The notes: generated by a model from the letters alone, not told the origin. A DNA stretch of 64,000 bases from Nostoc sp. DedSLP01 (GCA_034530875.2 JAVRCJ020000003.1:330514-394513), one strand, 5' to 3'. Positions 20,059-31,617 are shown, counted from the stretch's first letter. Translations and numbers: made by a program.

Positions 20059-21483
20059 GTGCAAATTTTATCTAGACAAAGGTTTTTTTTATATATCTTT
20101 TTACTGATTTTTCCCCTCGCTGGTTGTCAACGAGTCCAGTCATCCAATAAGCTTCTATCAGCTTTACCACAAGATCCTTTAGTTCAAGTTTACTTTAACC
20201 ATTCTCAAGCTTCGGAATACAAAGAACCATACCGTCAGCAAACTCGCTTGGGGGATGACTTTGAAAAATTGATTGTTGATACTATTTCTCAAGCTAAATC
20301 CACTATAGATGTAGCGGTGCAAGAATTACGTTTACCGAAAGTAGCCCAAGCACTGGTTGATAGACAAAAAGCTGGGGTAAAAGTCAGGTTAATTTTAGAA
20401 AATACTTATAGCCGACCTTGGAGTAGTTTGACACCTCAAGAAGTAAGTAAGTTAGATAAAAGAGAAAAACAACGCTATCAAGAATCTCGTGAGTTTATCG
20501 ATATTAACCACGATAATCAACTTACTCCCACAGAAATAAATCAAAGAGATGCTTTAATCATTTTACAAAATGCAAACATTCCCTGGCTAGACGATAAAGC
20601 AGATGGTTCAGCAGGTAGTAGTTTGATGCACCATAAGTTTCTAATTGTAGATAATCGCATTGTAATTATTACTTCGGCCAATTTTACCTTGAGCGATACC
20701 TTTGGTGATTATACAAATCCTAGCAGTTTAGGTAATGCCAATAACTTATTGCAAATTGATAGTCCAGAATTAGCATCTTTATTTACAGAAGAGTTTAATA
20801 TTATGTGGGGTGACGGGCCGGGAGGTAAACCCGATAGCCGATTTGGTCTACAAAAGCCACTGCGTTTGCCTAAACAAATTACATTAAATAAAACTAAAAT
20901 TACTATACATTTTTCACCTACATCTCCAACTCAACCTTGGACTAATACCAGTAATGGTTTAATTGGCAAAACTTTAGATTCAGCAACACAATCTATTGAT
21001 TTAGCTTTATTTGTATTTTCTGAACAGCGTCTCGCTAATATTTTAGAAAATAGACATCAAGAAAATGTCCAAATTCGGGCTTTAATTGAACCACAATTCG
21101 CCTATCGTCCTTATAGTGAAGCATTAGATATGATGGGAGTTGCTCTCAGCAATAAATGTAAATATGAAGTTGATAACCATCCTTGGCAAAATCCAATTAC
21201 GACTGTAGGCGTACCTATATTACCCCAAGGCGATTTATTACACCATAAGTTTTCCGTTATTGATAACAAAACAGTAATTACAGGTTCTCATAATTGGTCA
21301 GATGCAGCTAATAATGGTAATGACGAAACACTTTTAGTAATTGAAAGTCCAATAGTTGCTGCTCATTATGTACGAGAATTTTCTCGACTTTATGCCAAAG
21401 TTAAACCTGGCTTACCACCCGCAATTCAACAAAAAATTAAAGCCCAGCAAACGCAATGTACTAAGGCAAAAACTTCATCATAG
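20059..21483 (+). CDS. Phospholipase D-family nuclease lipoprotein (ComA-like competence protein)
   Basis: LAGC lipobox; two HKD motifs (HHKFLIVD, HHKFSVID). Confidence 0.8.
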   Translation: MQILSRQRFFLYIFLLIFPLAGCQRVQSSNKLLSALPQDPLVQVYFNHSQASEYKEPYRQQTRLGDDFEKLIVDTISQAKSTIDVAVQELRLPKVAQALVDRQKAGVKVRLILENTYSRPWSSLTPQEVSKLDKREKQRYQESREFIDINHDNQLTPTEINQRDALIILQNANIPWLDDKADGSAGSSLMHHKFLIVDNRIVIITSANFTLSDTFGDYTNPSSLGNANNLLQIDSPELASLFTEEFNIMWGDGPGGKPDSRFGLQKPLRLPKQITLNKTKITIHFSPTSPTQPWTNTSNGLIGKTLDSATQSIDLALFVFSEQRLANILENRHQENVQIRALIEPQFAYRPYSEALDMMGVALSNKCKYEVDNHPWQNPITTVGVPILPQGDLLHHKFSVIDNKTVITGSHNWSDAANNGNDETLLVIESPIVAAHYVREFSRLYAKVKPGLPPAIQQKIKAQQTQCTKAKTSS

Positions 21484-21805
21484 AGTGGCTTTATAACCCC
21501 GATTTCTCAAGTCGGGGTTCTGGTTTTTGATGAAGCTAAGTTTATATTCAATACTTTCAGGTAATTCTCAGTTTAAATTAATTTAATTGGCTGCGATCGC
21601 ATATAAATTATTATTAGAGAGCTTGGGTAATTGAAAAGACAATAAAATAAAACTTACTAGCTTTTAGGGAATAGCTAAGCTTTTAGTTACGTCTACAATA
21701 CAGCTATTTTAAAATCAGTATTGACGATAAAATTTTACAGCTAAGAATTAAAAATTAATAAACCAAATTCCTTAGCCCCAACTTTATTTTTAAAATATTA
21801 AAGCA

Positions 21806-23224
21806 GTGAAGCAAATCAACAAAATTTGGCAAAAAATAGACCCATTTTCATTACAGCTACGCCTAACAATTGGAATTGCTGGCTTTTCGGCTTTGGTGTT
21901 AGGTAGTCTGGCTACATGGATGAGCTGGAAAACACAGCAAATTTTAATTAATAGTCATAAAGATAACATCGAGCAAATAGCAAAACGTTTGCCACGAGAT
22001 GTACAAATTTATAGTGAAATGATGCAACCTGAAACTGGGTTAGACAAAGCTATTAATAATTTGACCGATACCAATATATTGTTATGGGTTAAAAGTCCCG
22101 ATCGTAAAATATTGGTACAATCCCGTAGTTTAAGTTTGCTATCTAATTCTATGGCATCTGAGTTAATGTCCTTAACTAAAATGCCTATTAAATCGCAAGT
22201 TTATAAAATCCATCAAAACTATTTTGTTTTATCTGGTCATTCTATAGAAGTGCAGGGTAAGTCGCTGGGTGAATTATTTGTAGTTAAAGATATCACCCGC
22301 GATCGCACAATGTTTGTGCTAATGGTGCAGAATTTAGCTGCTGTTAGTATCTTAGCAATTATTATTTTAACAGTTGCGATCGCTATTTATATCAAACATT
22401 CCCTACAACCTCTTTGCCAGCTAAATCAAATGGCTGCTGTAATTTCCGCAGAAGATTTAGGAAAAGCAGAGTTATATCTCGATAATGCACCCACTGAAGT
22501 TAAAGAATTAGCTCAAACTTTAACCATGTTACTATCGCGTCTTTCCCAATCGTGGGAGCAAGAGCGAGAATTTGTCAGTAATGTTTCTCACGAATTACGC
22601 ACACCTTTGACCATTGTACATGGTTACTTACAAAGCGTTTTACGAAGGCAAAATAATTTAACCCAAACCCAACAAGAAGCTTTAGAAACTGCTGCATCAG
22701 AAGCCGAACGTACTATTCGCTTGCTACAAGATTTACTCGATTTAGCACGAGCAGATAGCGGTTATTTGCATTTTCAGGTGAAATCTTATGTATTAAATGA
22801 CTTAATTGAAGAGATTGTGATGATGGCAGAAAAATATAGCGATCGCCAAATTACTATCGAATCAACAATTTACCCAATTGAAGTTAAAGTAGACTACAGC
22901 CGTCTCAAACAAGTATTACTCAATTTAATTGACAATGCTGTTAAATATTCTGAACCTAATACACCTATAAATTTTAAATTAGAGCAACTTCCAGACAAAG
23001 CAATTATTCAAGTTTGTGACAATGGTTATGGTATTCCTTTACAACATCAAGCGCGGATTTTTGAAAGATTTTACCGTGTAGATGAATCTCGCTCTCATGC
23101 AACTGGAGGTTCTGGTTTAGGTTTATCAATTGTCAAGACACTTGTAGAAGGTATGGGCGGTAATGTCAGCGTACAATCGAAATTAGGAGAAGGAAGTATT
23201 TTTACAATCACTTTACCAATATAA
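21806..23224 (+). CDS. Membrane sensor histidine kinase (HAMP-HisKA-HATPase)
   Basis: Two TM segments; SHELRTPL, NLIDNAVKYS and GSGLGLSI motifs. Confidence 0.95.
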   Translation: MKQINKIWQKIDPFSLQLRLTIGIAGFSALVLGSLATWMSWKTQQILINSHKDNIEQIAKRLPRDVQIYSEMMQPETGLDKAINNLTDTNILLWVKSPDRKILVQSRSLSLLSNSMASELMSLTKMPIKSQVYKIHQNYFVLSGHSIEVQGKSLGELFVVKDITRDRTMFVLMVQNLAAVSILAIIILTVAIAIYIKHSLQPLCQLNQMAAVISAEDLGKAELYLDNAPTEVKELAQTLTMLLSRLSQSWEQEREFVSNVSHELRTPLTIVHGYLQSVLRRQNNLTQTQQEALETAASEAERTIRLLQDLLDLARADSGYLHFQVKSYVLNDLIEEIVMMAEKYSDRQITIESTIYPIEVKVDYSRLKQVLLNLIDNAVKYSEPNTPINFKLEQLPDKAIIQVCDNGYGIPLQHQARIFERFYRVDESRSHATGGSGLGLSIVKTLVEGMGGNVSVQSKLGEGSIFTITLPI

Positions 23225-23414
23225 TTCATCAAATTTATTATTCTAGAGAAGGCTATTTATCGCGTTTGTGCAATTTATAATTACAGCAGTTTGCAAATAA
23301 ATGAGGTACACAACTGGAAAATTGAATATAGAAATTCTTCTTTTCCCTCCTGCCTCCTACCTCAAAACGATTAACTCTGTACCTCATGAAAATCAAAAAT
23401 GCTGTATGTTTAAG

Positions 23415-23440
23415 TGCCGACTTGGTTAACCAAGTCGGCA
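23415..23440. terminator. Perfect 26-bp palindrome between convergent genes; likely bidirectional terminator
   Basis: TGCCGACTTGGTTAACCAAGTCGGCA. Confidence 0.55.
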
Positions 23441-23543
23441 TTTTGAAATATCAACATTTTGAAACTTAATTGGCAATATTGTTTAAAATCAAGAGCCAGA
23501 TATAATACACCAAACTTGAATTATGACTCTTGAATTCTAAATT

Positions 23544-24047
23544 CTAACTGTTATCAGTAATATCAACTCTCGCCGTTCCAATAGGAATGTCTCCTTTTAA
23601 CCCAACTCTTTTAGCAGTTACTCCATAGAGTAGGACTTTTTCAAATGGGATTCTTCTTTGCACCCCTAAAAATTCTACTTCCACAGAATCACCAGGATTT
23701 ACAGGTTGGTCAAAGCTGATAGACACGCGTTCTCGATTAATTTCTGTTTTAGCTGCAATTTCTTTACCAGATTGGTCTGTAATCCGAACTTTATCAAACC
23801 TTTCCATCTGATTTGGTAATGAAATCATCAAGTCTGCTAAAGACATACCTACGACTGACACTTTGATAAAGTGAGTATCATTTCTAGCACCAGAGTTAGT
23901 GATATGCGGAACATTTACATTTAATGCTATTTGAGAGACTGTATGTGTATCAGAACTTGAATGTTCATACTTTACAGGTGCCGCTATACTCGCAGTAGAT
24001 ATCGTGAGTATTAGAGCTGATAAACTACCAAAAATTAAACCTTTCAT
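23544..24047 (-). CDS. Exported DUF2808-like protein
   Basis: Signal peptide; ISFDQPVNPG...YGVTA...PIGTAR pattern. Confidence 0.7.
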   Translation of the reverse strand: MKGLIFGSLSALILTISTASIAAPVKYEHSSSDTHTVSQIALNVNVPHITNSGARNDTHFIKVSVVGMSLADLMISLPNQMERFDKVRITDQSGKEIAAKTEINRERVSISFDQPVNPGDSVEVEFLGVQRRIPFEKVLLYGVTAKRVGLKGDIPIGTARVDITDNS

Positions 24048-24470
24048 ATAAATCCTCGTTTTTGCCTGAACTAAACTTGTAATTAATAGATTGCTACATG
24101 ACTATGAGTTATAACTAATGTATAAATTAAAATATTCTGAGATTTAAATATTAATTTCCTCAGAAAAATATTCTCTCTGATATCCCACAAAAAACTTTGA
24201 AAAATAAAACTTTACAGCTTTTTAAGCAAAAGCTCTAACTCTATTCAGCAAAAACTCATTTTTCTGAGACGCATATATATTAAAGTGAGATGGCATATAG
24301 TAATCTGATTTGATTTTGAGAATCAGTTGTAGAGAGAGGGAACAGGGTAAAAAGTTTAAATAGCTTTGTAAAAATCAAGTATGAGTTTTATATAAATAAT
24401 TGGTTATCTTATATATTTCTGGAATTGCAACGAAAAGCTATTTAGAAATTGCCTATTTTAGGAGTAAAAA

Positions 24471-25145
24471 ATGACAGCACATATCCTTTTGGTTGAAGAT
24501 GAAGTCAAGCTAGCCCGATTTGTGGAATTAGAACTTAGTAGTGAAGGATACAAAGTTAGCATCGCCCATGATGGCATTAGCGGATTGACGATGGCACGCG
24601 AGTCATCGCCAGATTTAGCGGTTCTTGATTGGATGTTACCGGGGCTGTCGGGTTTAGAGATTTGTCGGCGTTTGCGAGCCACAGGTAGCTCAGTACCAGT
24701 AATTTTGTTGACAGCAAAAGATGAAGTTAGCGATCGCGTGGCAGGATTAGATGCGGGAGCCGATGATTATGTAGTCAAACCCTTCAGTATAGAAGAACTC
24801 TTAGCGAGAATTCGCGCTCACTTGCGCCGCACCCAAGAAACAGACGAAGACTTATTGCAGTTTGAAGATTTAAGCTTAAACCGCCGCACTCGTGAAGTGT
24901 TTCGCGCTAAACGAAGCATCGAGTTAACAGCAAAAGAATTTGATTTATTAGAATATTTGCTCTCCCATCCCCGCCAAGTATTTACCAGAGACCAAATTCT
25001 CGAAAAAGTCTGGGGTTATGACTTCATGGGCGATTCCAACATTATCGAAGTCTACATTCGTTATCTGCGCCTGAAACTAGAAGAGAATAAGGAAAAACGC
25101 CTAATTCACACAGTGCGCGGTGTCGGTTACGCACTGCGCGAGTAA
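24471..25145 (+). CDS. OmpR-family response regulator
   Basis: LVEDE, LDWMLPG, KPF and winged-helix TVRGVGY motifs. Confidence 0.96.
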   Translation: MTAHILLVEDEVKLARFVELELSSEGYKVSIAHDGISGLTMARESSPDLAVLDWMLPGLSGLEICRRLRATGSSVPVILLTAKDEVSDRVAGLDAGADDYVVKPFSIEELLARIRAHLRRTQETDEDLLQFEDLSLNRRTREVFRAKRSIELTAKEFDLLEYLLSHPRQVFTRDQILEKVWGYDFMGDSNIIEVYIRYLRLKLEENKEKRLIHTVRGVGYALRE

Positions 25146-25229
25146 TACCATTTTGAATTTTAGATTTTGGATTGGGAATAGCCTTGATGGATCTGGGTTT
25201 ACTGAATTCATCTATTGCAGCCATTGTTC

Positions 25230-25592
25230 AAGCAGCAAACTTGTTTAAAAATTACTGGTAGAATTCACTATCAACATGAGATAACTGCCAAAATAAACTT
25301 TCGCCAGTTAGTGTTTCTACCGCACTGTATAACCCAGATACCTTAAATTGCCACTGCTATTCACCAATCGGTTTAATTCCTGCAAGCGTAATCTTATTTC
25401 TCTCAATGGTTTTGAGTCCAAGCCGGCTTTCATCTTGTACGAACTAACGGATATTTTCGTACTGCGGTAACGCGATCGCACATACCTTCATATCTCCGGT
25501 TTTAATTAAATACAGTACTTGTAGCTGTTCTTTGAGTCGCCAATTTTTTTCCTCACGAATTAATCCCCCGAGTTCTTCTACACTTTCCGATG
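25230..25592 (-). pseudogene. Degraded IS630-family transposase
   Basis: Minus strand gives ESVEELGGLI..LQVLYLIKTG (HTH part) and QDESRLGLKTIERNKITLAGIKPIGE*QWQFK..LYSAVETLTGESLFWQLSHVDSEFYQ*FL, with stops and a large internal deletion. Confidence 0.75.
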
Positions 25593-25831
25593 GAGTTCAA
25601 AAAAGTGGAGAAAAAGGAAGCTAAAGTACCTAAGGTGTAATATTTAACTCTAAATTTTATTCTTAACTATTTATTACATGCTTGTAAGTTTTTGTACTGC
25701 TTTACTTACAATATAGTAATATATCATTCAATTTTACTAAACTTTGAAGATAATTTCAACCATTATTAATTTAGCTAAAATCAAGACGTAATCATTTTGT
25801 AGTCTTTGTGTAATCCTTAATAAGGTGAATT

Positions 25832-28507
25832 ATGTTCGACAAAATATCTAGATATAACTTTTATGGAATCTTCAAACTTATGAGTGAAATTCCGTTTCAG
25901 TACAAAACACAACATGATGCGTTAAAGCGAATTACTGAACTTGGCAAACAATTTATCGATTCTCATACTTTTGCTATAGCTCTCATTAATACTGAAACAA
26001 AAGTTGTTAATGAATTGGTTTGTACGAGCAACAATCTAGAATTAGAAGAATTGATTAATAATGAAAAACTTTTATGGAATGAAATAGTACTTTATAAGCA
26101 AGGAAAGCTTCATCCTGACATTAGAAAAAAGTATTATTTAAAGTCAATACATAGTTATCCTTTATGGTCACAAGAAAGTAAGGTGGTTGGTTATATCTAT
26201 CACTTTTCTTCTATATTTAAAACTTTGAATAAACAAGAACAAGGATTGTTAAAATCATTTGCCAGTAGAGCAATAGTAACTATTGAAAATCTCAATTATA
26301 ATTATAACACTTATAAACCGTTGCAAGTTTTGTGTAAGTTATCAGAACAGTTAATGACGGTTGCTCCTGATGAATTCATTCAGTTATTGCCTCAAAAAGC
26401 CTGTGAGCTTTTTGAGGCATCAGCTTGTATTCTTTGGAAAAAAGATATCAAGCATCAAAAGTTTAAAATATTGGCTACTGCTGGCAAAGTAGATGATGAA
26501 TATAAAAATCTAGAACTGAACGATAATTTTCATTTGATACAAAATTTTTACCACCGAAAAGAGGTTTTTTATTTACGGGACATTACTAGAGCTTCTGCAA
26601 ACTTTCTACATTACGAAGAAGTTAAAAAAAGAGGCTGGATTTCTATGCTCAGTTCGCCGTTAATGAGTAATGGAGAAATAATTGGAATATTGGACATTTT
26701 TACTACAAAAAATCGCCATTTTAAAAAATTAGAAAAAGAAGGATTTCAATGTTTTTCAAACTATGCAGCTTTATCTTTTGAGAAAGCAGTAACAAATCAA
26801 AAAACAAAAGAGCTAACTGAAATTATGCTAAAAATGATTAATTGCGATACGGCTAAAGAAGTTTTTCAACGTCTTATAGACGGTGCTATAAATTTACTTG
26901 ATTCAGGACATGGAGATATTAGTCGCTTAAATTACTTTACGGGGGAATTAGAAGTTATTGAAAGTATAAAACCTCTTAAAAAAAATTTTACTAAATGGAA
27001 AATAGGTGAAGGTATTACTGGTAAAGCCCTTGAGTTAAAAGAAACTATCAATGTTGGTAATGTTTTAACCGATTCCAGATGGAAAGATATTTATGTAGAA
27101 TATTGGCCGGATACTCGTTCGGAAATTGCTATTCCTATATTAATAGAAAACATCCTAGTTAGAAAAGGAACTGAGGTCGAATTAGGTTCAAAAAGACTAG
27201 GGGTTTTAAATATTGAAAGTCCAGAAATAAATGCTTTTTCAAAAGCTGATGAGGAGTATCTTAAATTATTAGCACGTTATGCTGCGATATTGATTGATAG
27301 ACGAGAATCCGACAAAAAGCTCAGTGAGCTACGTCAAAAAGAACAGCAGATTACTGAAGCTCAAAATCACAATCAAATAATGGAAAATGTCTTGAAGAGT
27401 ATTACTGATATATTACAATTTGAAGTTGTTAATATTTCATTAGTTAACCGCGAAACAAATACTATCAAAACAGAATTTATTACTGGAATTTCAGATAATC
27501 AAATAGAAGAGTTTAAAAAAGAAGCTGTTCATTCGTTAGATAGTAATGATATTCAAGCTAGTATTGTGAAAAGTATAAAAATTCAAGTACCAGATATTGA
27601 AGATCAACGCTTTGATAAACAAATATATCATAAATATGGTCATCAAGACTTAATTAGAGTTTTTATCCCTCTGATTGAACCTTTCAAAAGCCAAGTAATT
27701 GGAACTCTTGAAGCAGGCTATAAAAGACATTATAGAGAGTATATTTATGAACAAGATGTGCAAGTGTTAAAAAGTTTTGTTGACTCTGTTGTTCATGCGG
27801 TTGAACGTACAAAATCACAAATAATTGATAAAATTACTCATGAATTTAGGTCTCCTATTGTTGGAATTAGAAGTAATGCAAGTTTTATTCAAAGACGTAG
27901 AGAAGAAATAACTTTAGAGCATTGTGACAGAAAAATAGAAGATATTCTGACAGATTGTGAAATACTTTTATACCAGGTTGCAGAATTAGAATATATTATG
28001 GGCGGACGAGTTTCTGGAAAATCTAAAAAAGAAAAAGTTTTCATTTTTAGAGATGTTATTATTAAAACAATTAATCAACTTCGTCCGATTGTAATTGACC
28101 ACGGACTATCGATAGAAAATATTGACTATAGCAAAAGATTTTTAAGATTAGAAATTAATACAGATAAAATAAAAATCAACCAAGTTGTTTATAATTTATT
28201 GATGAATTCGATAAAGTATGCAAAAGATGATAAAAATCAATTTAAAATTGATATCGATATTGATGATAAAAACAAAGACAATTTAATTATTAAATTAAAA
28301 GATTGGGGAATTGGTATTGAAAAAAAATTTGTAAACGACATATTTAAAGAAGGGTTTCGCTGTCCTGAAGCAATCAAAAAAAATGTAGCAGGTTCGGGAT
28401 TAGGACTTGCTATTTCTAAAAATATAATGAGAGAATTAGAAGGAGATTTAATTTTATCTAATAATACTGAGCCAACAGAATTTCACTTAGTTATTCCTAG
28501 ATACTAA
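25832..28507 (+). CDS. Cytoplasmic multi-GAF sensor histidine kinase
   Basis: Several GAF-like units (GEGITG..SEIAIPI..GVLNIES..AFS); THEFRSP H-box; NLLMNSIKY, DWGIG and GSGLGL motifs; no TM segment. Confidence 0.88.
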   Translation: MFDKISRYNFYGIFKLMSEIPFQYKTQHDALKRITELGKQFIDSHTFAIALINTETKVVNELVCTSNNLELEELINNEKLLWNEIVLYKQGKLHPDIRKKYYLKSIHSYPLWSQESKVVGYIYHFSSIFKTLNKQEQGLLKSFASRAIVTIENLNYNYNTYKPLQVLCKLSEQLMTVAPDEFIQLLPQKACELFEASACILWKKDIKHQKFKILATAGKVDDEYKNLELNDNFHLIQNFYHRKEVFYLRDITRASANFLHYEEVKKRGWISMLSSPLMSNGEIIGILDIFTTKNRHFKKLEKEGFQCFSNYAALSFEKAVTNQKTKELTEIMLKMINCDTAKEVFQRLIDGAINLLDSGHGDISRLNYFTGELEVIESIKPLKKNFTKWKIGEGITGKALELKETINVGNVLTDSRWKDIYVEYWPDTRSEIAIPILIENILVRKGTEVELGSKRLGVLNIESPEINAFSKADEEYLKLLARYAAILIDRRESDKKLSELRQKEQQITEAQNHNQIMENVLKSITDILQFEVVNISLVNRETNTIKTEFITGISDNQIEEFKKEAVHSLDSNDIQASIVKSIKIQVPDIEDQRFDKQIYHKYGHQDLIRVFIPLIEPFKSQVIGTLEAGYKRHYREYIYEQDVQVLKSFVDSVVHAVERTKSQIIDKITHEFRSPIVGIRSNASFIQRRREEITLEHCDRKIEDILTDCEILLYQVAELEYIMGGRVSGKSKKEKVFIFRDVIIKTINQLRPIVIDHGLSIENIDYSKRFLRLEINTDKIKINQVVYNLLMNSIKYAKDDKNQFKIDIDIDDKNKDNLIIKLKDWGIGIEKKFVNDIFKEGFRCPEAIKKNVAGSGLGLAISKNIMRELEGDLILSNNTEPTEFHLVIPRY

Positions 28508-28529
28508 ATGTAAGTGAAGGAGACTATTA

Positions 28530-28934
28530 ATGATTCTTTTTATTGATGACGAAGAGAGAGGAATAGCTAGCTTTGTTGAAGAATTAAAACTTTCTAAATT
28601 TGAGACTACTTTGAAAAAAGATGTTAATTCTGCTTTAAAATATCTCGAAGATAATCATGACAAAATTCAATTAGTCATTTTAGATGTGATGATGCCAGCA
28701 GAAGAAATATTTAAAGATTGCGACACTAATGATGGATTAAGAACGGGAGTTCATTTTCATAGAAAAATTAGAAAAAGTTTTCCTAATTTACCGATTATTA
28801 TTTTTACCAATTTTTCTGATGATGAGCTTGAGCAAGAAAGCAATAAAGATCGTAAAAGCCGATTTCTTCATAAATATGATTATCTGCCTTTTGAATTTGT
28901 TGAAGAAGTTCGCAAAGCTCTAAATGAGCAATAA
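28530..28934 (+). CDS. Single-domain response regulator (receiver only)
   Basis: ILFIDDE, ILDVMMP and PIIIFT motifs. Confidence 0.88.
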   Translation: MILFIDDEERGIASFVEELKLSKFETTLKKDVNSALKYLEDNHDKIQLVILDVMMPAEEIFKDCDTNDGLRTGVHFHRKIRKSFPNLPIIIFTNFSDDELEQESNKDRKSRFLHKYDYLPFEFVEEVRKALNEQ

Positions 28935-28995
28935 TATTTGTTTTTTTCTTCCTATCAAAATAAAATTTATTTGTACTATTTGCTCGGAGATCAAG

Positions 28996-31617
28996 ATGTC
29001 AGCAGTTATCGATCAAGTTGAATCGCGTATTGAAAATGCAGATAGAGAACTGAGTAATATTGTCCAAAACAAAGAAATGAATATTCATTTAAAAAAAGAC
29101 AGATTGCAATCTTTAAATTCAGAGATCGAATCAATCCAGTTATTAATTAATGAAGTTAGTACAGGAGAAAAAGGACAAGAATTAAAAGCAAGCAAAGCTG
29201 CTGAAATCCAAAAAGTTCGTGAATTACGCAACTATCTGGAAAGAATCTGGAAAAAAACACAATTATTAAATCCTCGCGAGCCTAAAGAATTTTGGCAGGC
29301 ACTATCATGGTTTTTTAGTCTAGGAGGTAGAAATGAGTTATCTTTAATACAGAAAGCGAGGAATAATTTACCATATAATGAGCCTAAATTTCAAGATTTT
29401 ATTGAAAAAGTTCAAAAAAATATTGAAACAAAACTTTTTACTTCAGAAGTTTATCAGGTCTTTTGTTCTGAAGATCGGATTAAGCAACTTTTTCCAGAAA
29501 TAGCAGTAATTGAAGCTTATAGCGCTTTTGTAATTATTTCCGTAGATCCTAACGATGAAAAAATAATTGCACAGTTAAAAAATGTCTACCCAGTGGAAAA
29601 TTTTTCAAAAGACCTTGTGGAAGACTTAAGAGAATATATGCCTTACAAAAGAGAGCAAGTTGTTAAATTTAGATTTCCTATTCGCTATGAATGGAAGCAG
29701 CGAATAGAAAATATAGGCGCAATCATTTTAGAATCGATAGGAAATTCAGAACTTATTGTTTCTGTACCAAATGAACAAATTTTGACTAAAATTCAAAATT
29801 TTAGAGAAGTTGCTAGCGTAACCCTTTATGAGCCAACTATTAGAGTGCAAGAGGAATATTTAAAAGATTTAGGGGTAGAAGTCACTGAAGAAATGTTGGC
29901 AGAGGCAAGACTAAAAATAGCTGAAAATGTTCAAAATACTAAAATTAACAACAATTTTATTCCAGGTATTTTAATTGCTCGTTTCTTTACTGAAGAAGAC
30001 CGCGATCGCGCTCTAAAAACTTTAGAGGTTGAGAAAATTGATGTCGTTGACAAACCTGATATTAATGAATTAGTTATAGATTTAATCAGTCATAGTAATC
30101 CTATTAATGCTTATGAAATTCTCAAAAGTTTACCAGGTTTAATTTCGCTAGAAGAAGAAACCATCGAAACGATTGATAATCATGTTGCTGTTCTCCTACT
30201 TGCCAATGGTGTTTCTCCCATCGACTATATTCCTGAGTTGACCGGCAAGGGAGAAATTATTGCTATTGCAGATACAGGTTTAGATACAGGACTAAAAGAA
30301 ACACTACACCTTGATTTTCAAGGAAGGGTAAGAATAATTCAAAGTTATCCTATCAGAGCTGCATATTCTAACAGAGTTAATAATCCTAATGGTGATGATG
30401 GAGCATCGGATAAATATTCAGGACATGGAACTCATGTAGCAGGAAGTGCATTAGGAAGCGGAAGAATGGCACAAAACTACGGACTTCCTCCTATTCAGGG
30501 AATGGCGCCTGAAGCAGAATTGATCTTTCAAGCAGTTGAGCAAACTCCCAAACGGAAGATAGAAGAAATACACTCATACTTGAAACGTGAACTGATACCT
30601 CCCGCCTCTGATTTGCTAGGAATTCCTAGTAATATCAAAACATTATTTGAATTTGCTTTCACGAACGGCGCACGTATTCATTCTAATTCTTGGGGAGGAT
30701 CTGAATCTGGCTATTATAATAGCCGATGTCTTCAATTAGATGAATTTGTTTGGCAACACAAAGACTTTTTGATTGTGTTCGCTGCTGGGAATACAGGTAA
30801 TCAACAGGGAAGAATTACACCACCAGGAACGGCGAAAAACTGTTTAACAGTAGGAGTATTTGATGATTTTAGCAGTCGAGGCCCTTGTCAAGATGGTCGT
30901 TTGAAGCCTGATGTTCTCGCGCCAGGCGCTTTTATTTTATCCACTCGTTCCTGTCAGATTACGCATTACTCAGAAGCTCCTTATCCACCAGCTAAAAGCG
31001 ATTATATGTATATGAGTGGGACTTCTATGGCAACTCCTTTAATTGCTGGCAGCGCGGCATTAGTTCGTCAATATCTTCGTACAAAGAAGAACATTAGTAA
31101 TCCGAGTGCAGCTTTACTCAAAGCAGCATTAATTCATTCAGCGGAGTATTTTCAACACTCTTATGCTCATAACTCTTCTAAAAAATGGGCACATAACGAG
31201 CAAGGATGGGGCAGAATAAACCTTAGTCGGATTATTAATCCACCTTATCACGTCGAATTTTTCGATCGCACCCAAGGTTTCTTGGAGTCTGGCGAGAAGG
31301 AGCATCAATACGAATTCGAGATTGTCGACAACTCGATTCCTTTGCGAGTAACTTTAGTTTACACCGACTATCCAGGTAAACAACCACTAGGCCAACTTGT
31401 TAATAATCTCAACCTAGTAGTTTATAATCCTCAAGGCAAATATTATCTTGGCAATGATTTCGACGAGCTAGGCATGGTAGATAATATTAATAATGTCGAA
31501 GGTTGCATTATCGATCCGCCCATAACAGGAAGATGGAAAATCAAAATTGTTGGAAAAACGATAATGCAACCCCCACAAGACTATGCCTTGGTGATTTCTG
31601 GTGCGATCGCACATTGA
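28996..31617 (+). CDS. S8 (subtilisin, Kp43-like) serine protease with long N-terminal extension; no signal peptide
   Basis: Catalytic DTG, HGTHVAG, AAGN and SGTSMATP motifs; C-terminal jelly-roll-like NNVE region. GGAG RBS favours ATG 28996 over 28924. Confidence 0.88.
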   Translation: MSAVIDQVESRIENADRELSNIVQNKEMNIHLKKDRLQSLNSEIESIQLLINEVSTGEKGQELKASKAAEIQKVRELRNYLERIWKKTQLLNPREPKEFWQALSWFFSLGGRNELSLIQKARNNLPYNEPKFQDFIEKVQKNIETKLFTSEVYQVFCSEDRIKQLFPEIAVIEAYSAFVIISVDPNDEKIIAQLKNVYPVENFSKDLVEDLREYMPYKREQVVKFRFPIRYEWKQRIENIGAIILESIGNSELIVSVPNEQILTKIQNFREVASVTLYEPTIRVQEEYLKDLGVEVTEEMLAEARLKIAENVQNTKINNNFIPGILIARFFTEEDRDRALKTLEVEKIDVVDKPDINELVIDLISHSNPINAYEILKSLPGLISLEEETIETIDNHVAVLLLANGVSPIDYIPELTGKGEIIAIADTGLDTGLKETLHLDFQGRVRIIQSYPIRAAYSNRVNNPNGDDGASDKYSGHGTHVAGSALGSGRMAQNYGLPPIQGMAPEAELIFQAVEQTPKRKIEEIHSYLKRELIPPASDLLGIPSNIKTLFEFAFTNGARIHSNSWGGSESGYYNSRCLQLDEFVWQHKDFLIVFAAGNTGNQQGRITPPGTAKNCLTVGVFDDFSSRGPCQDGRLKPDVLAPGAFILSTRSCQITHYSEAPYPPAKSDYMYMSGTSMATPLIAGSAALVRQYLRTKKNISNPSAALLKAALIHSAEYFQHSYAHNSSKKWAHNEQGWGRINLSRIINPPYHVEFFDRTQGFLESGEKEHQYEFEIVDNSIPLRVTLVYTDYPGKQPLGQLVNNLNLVVYNPQGKYYLGNDFDELGMVDNINNVEGCIIDPPITGRWKIKIVGKTIMQPPQDYALVISGAIAH

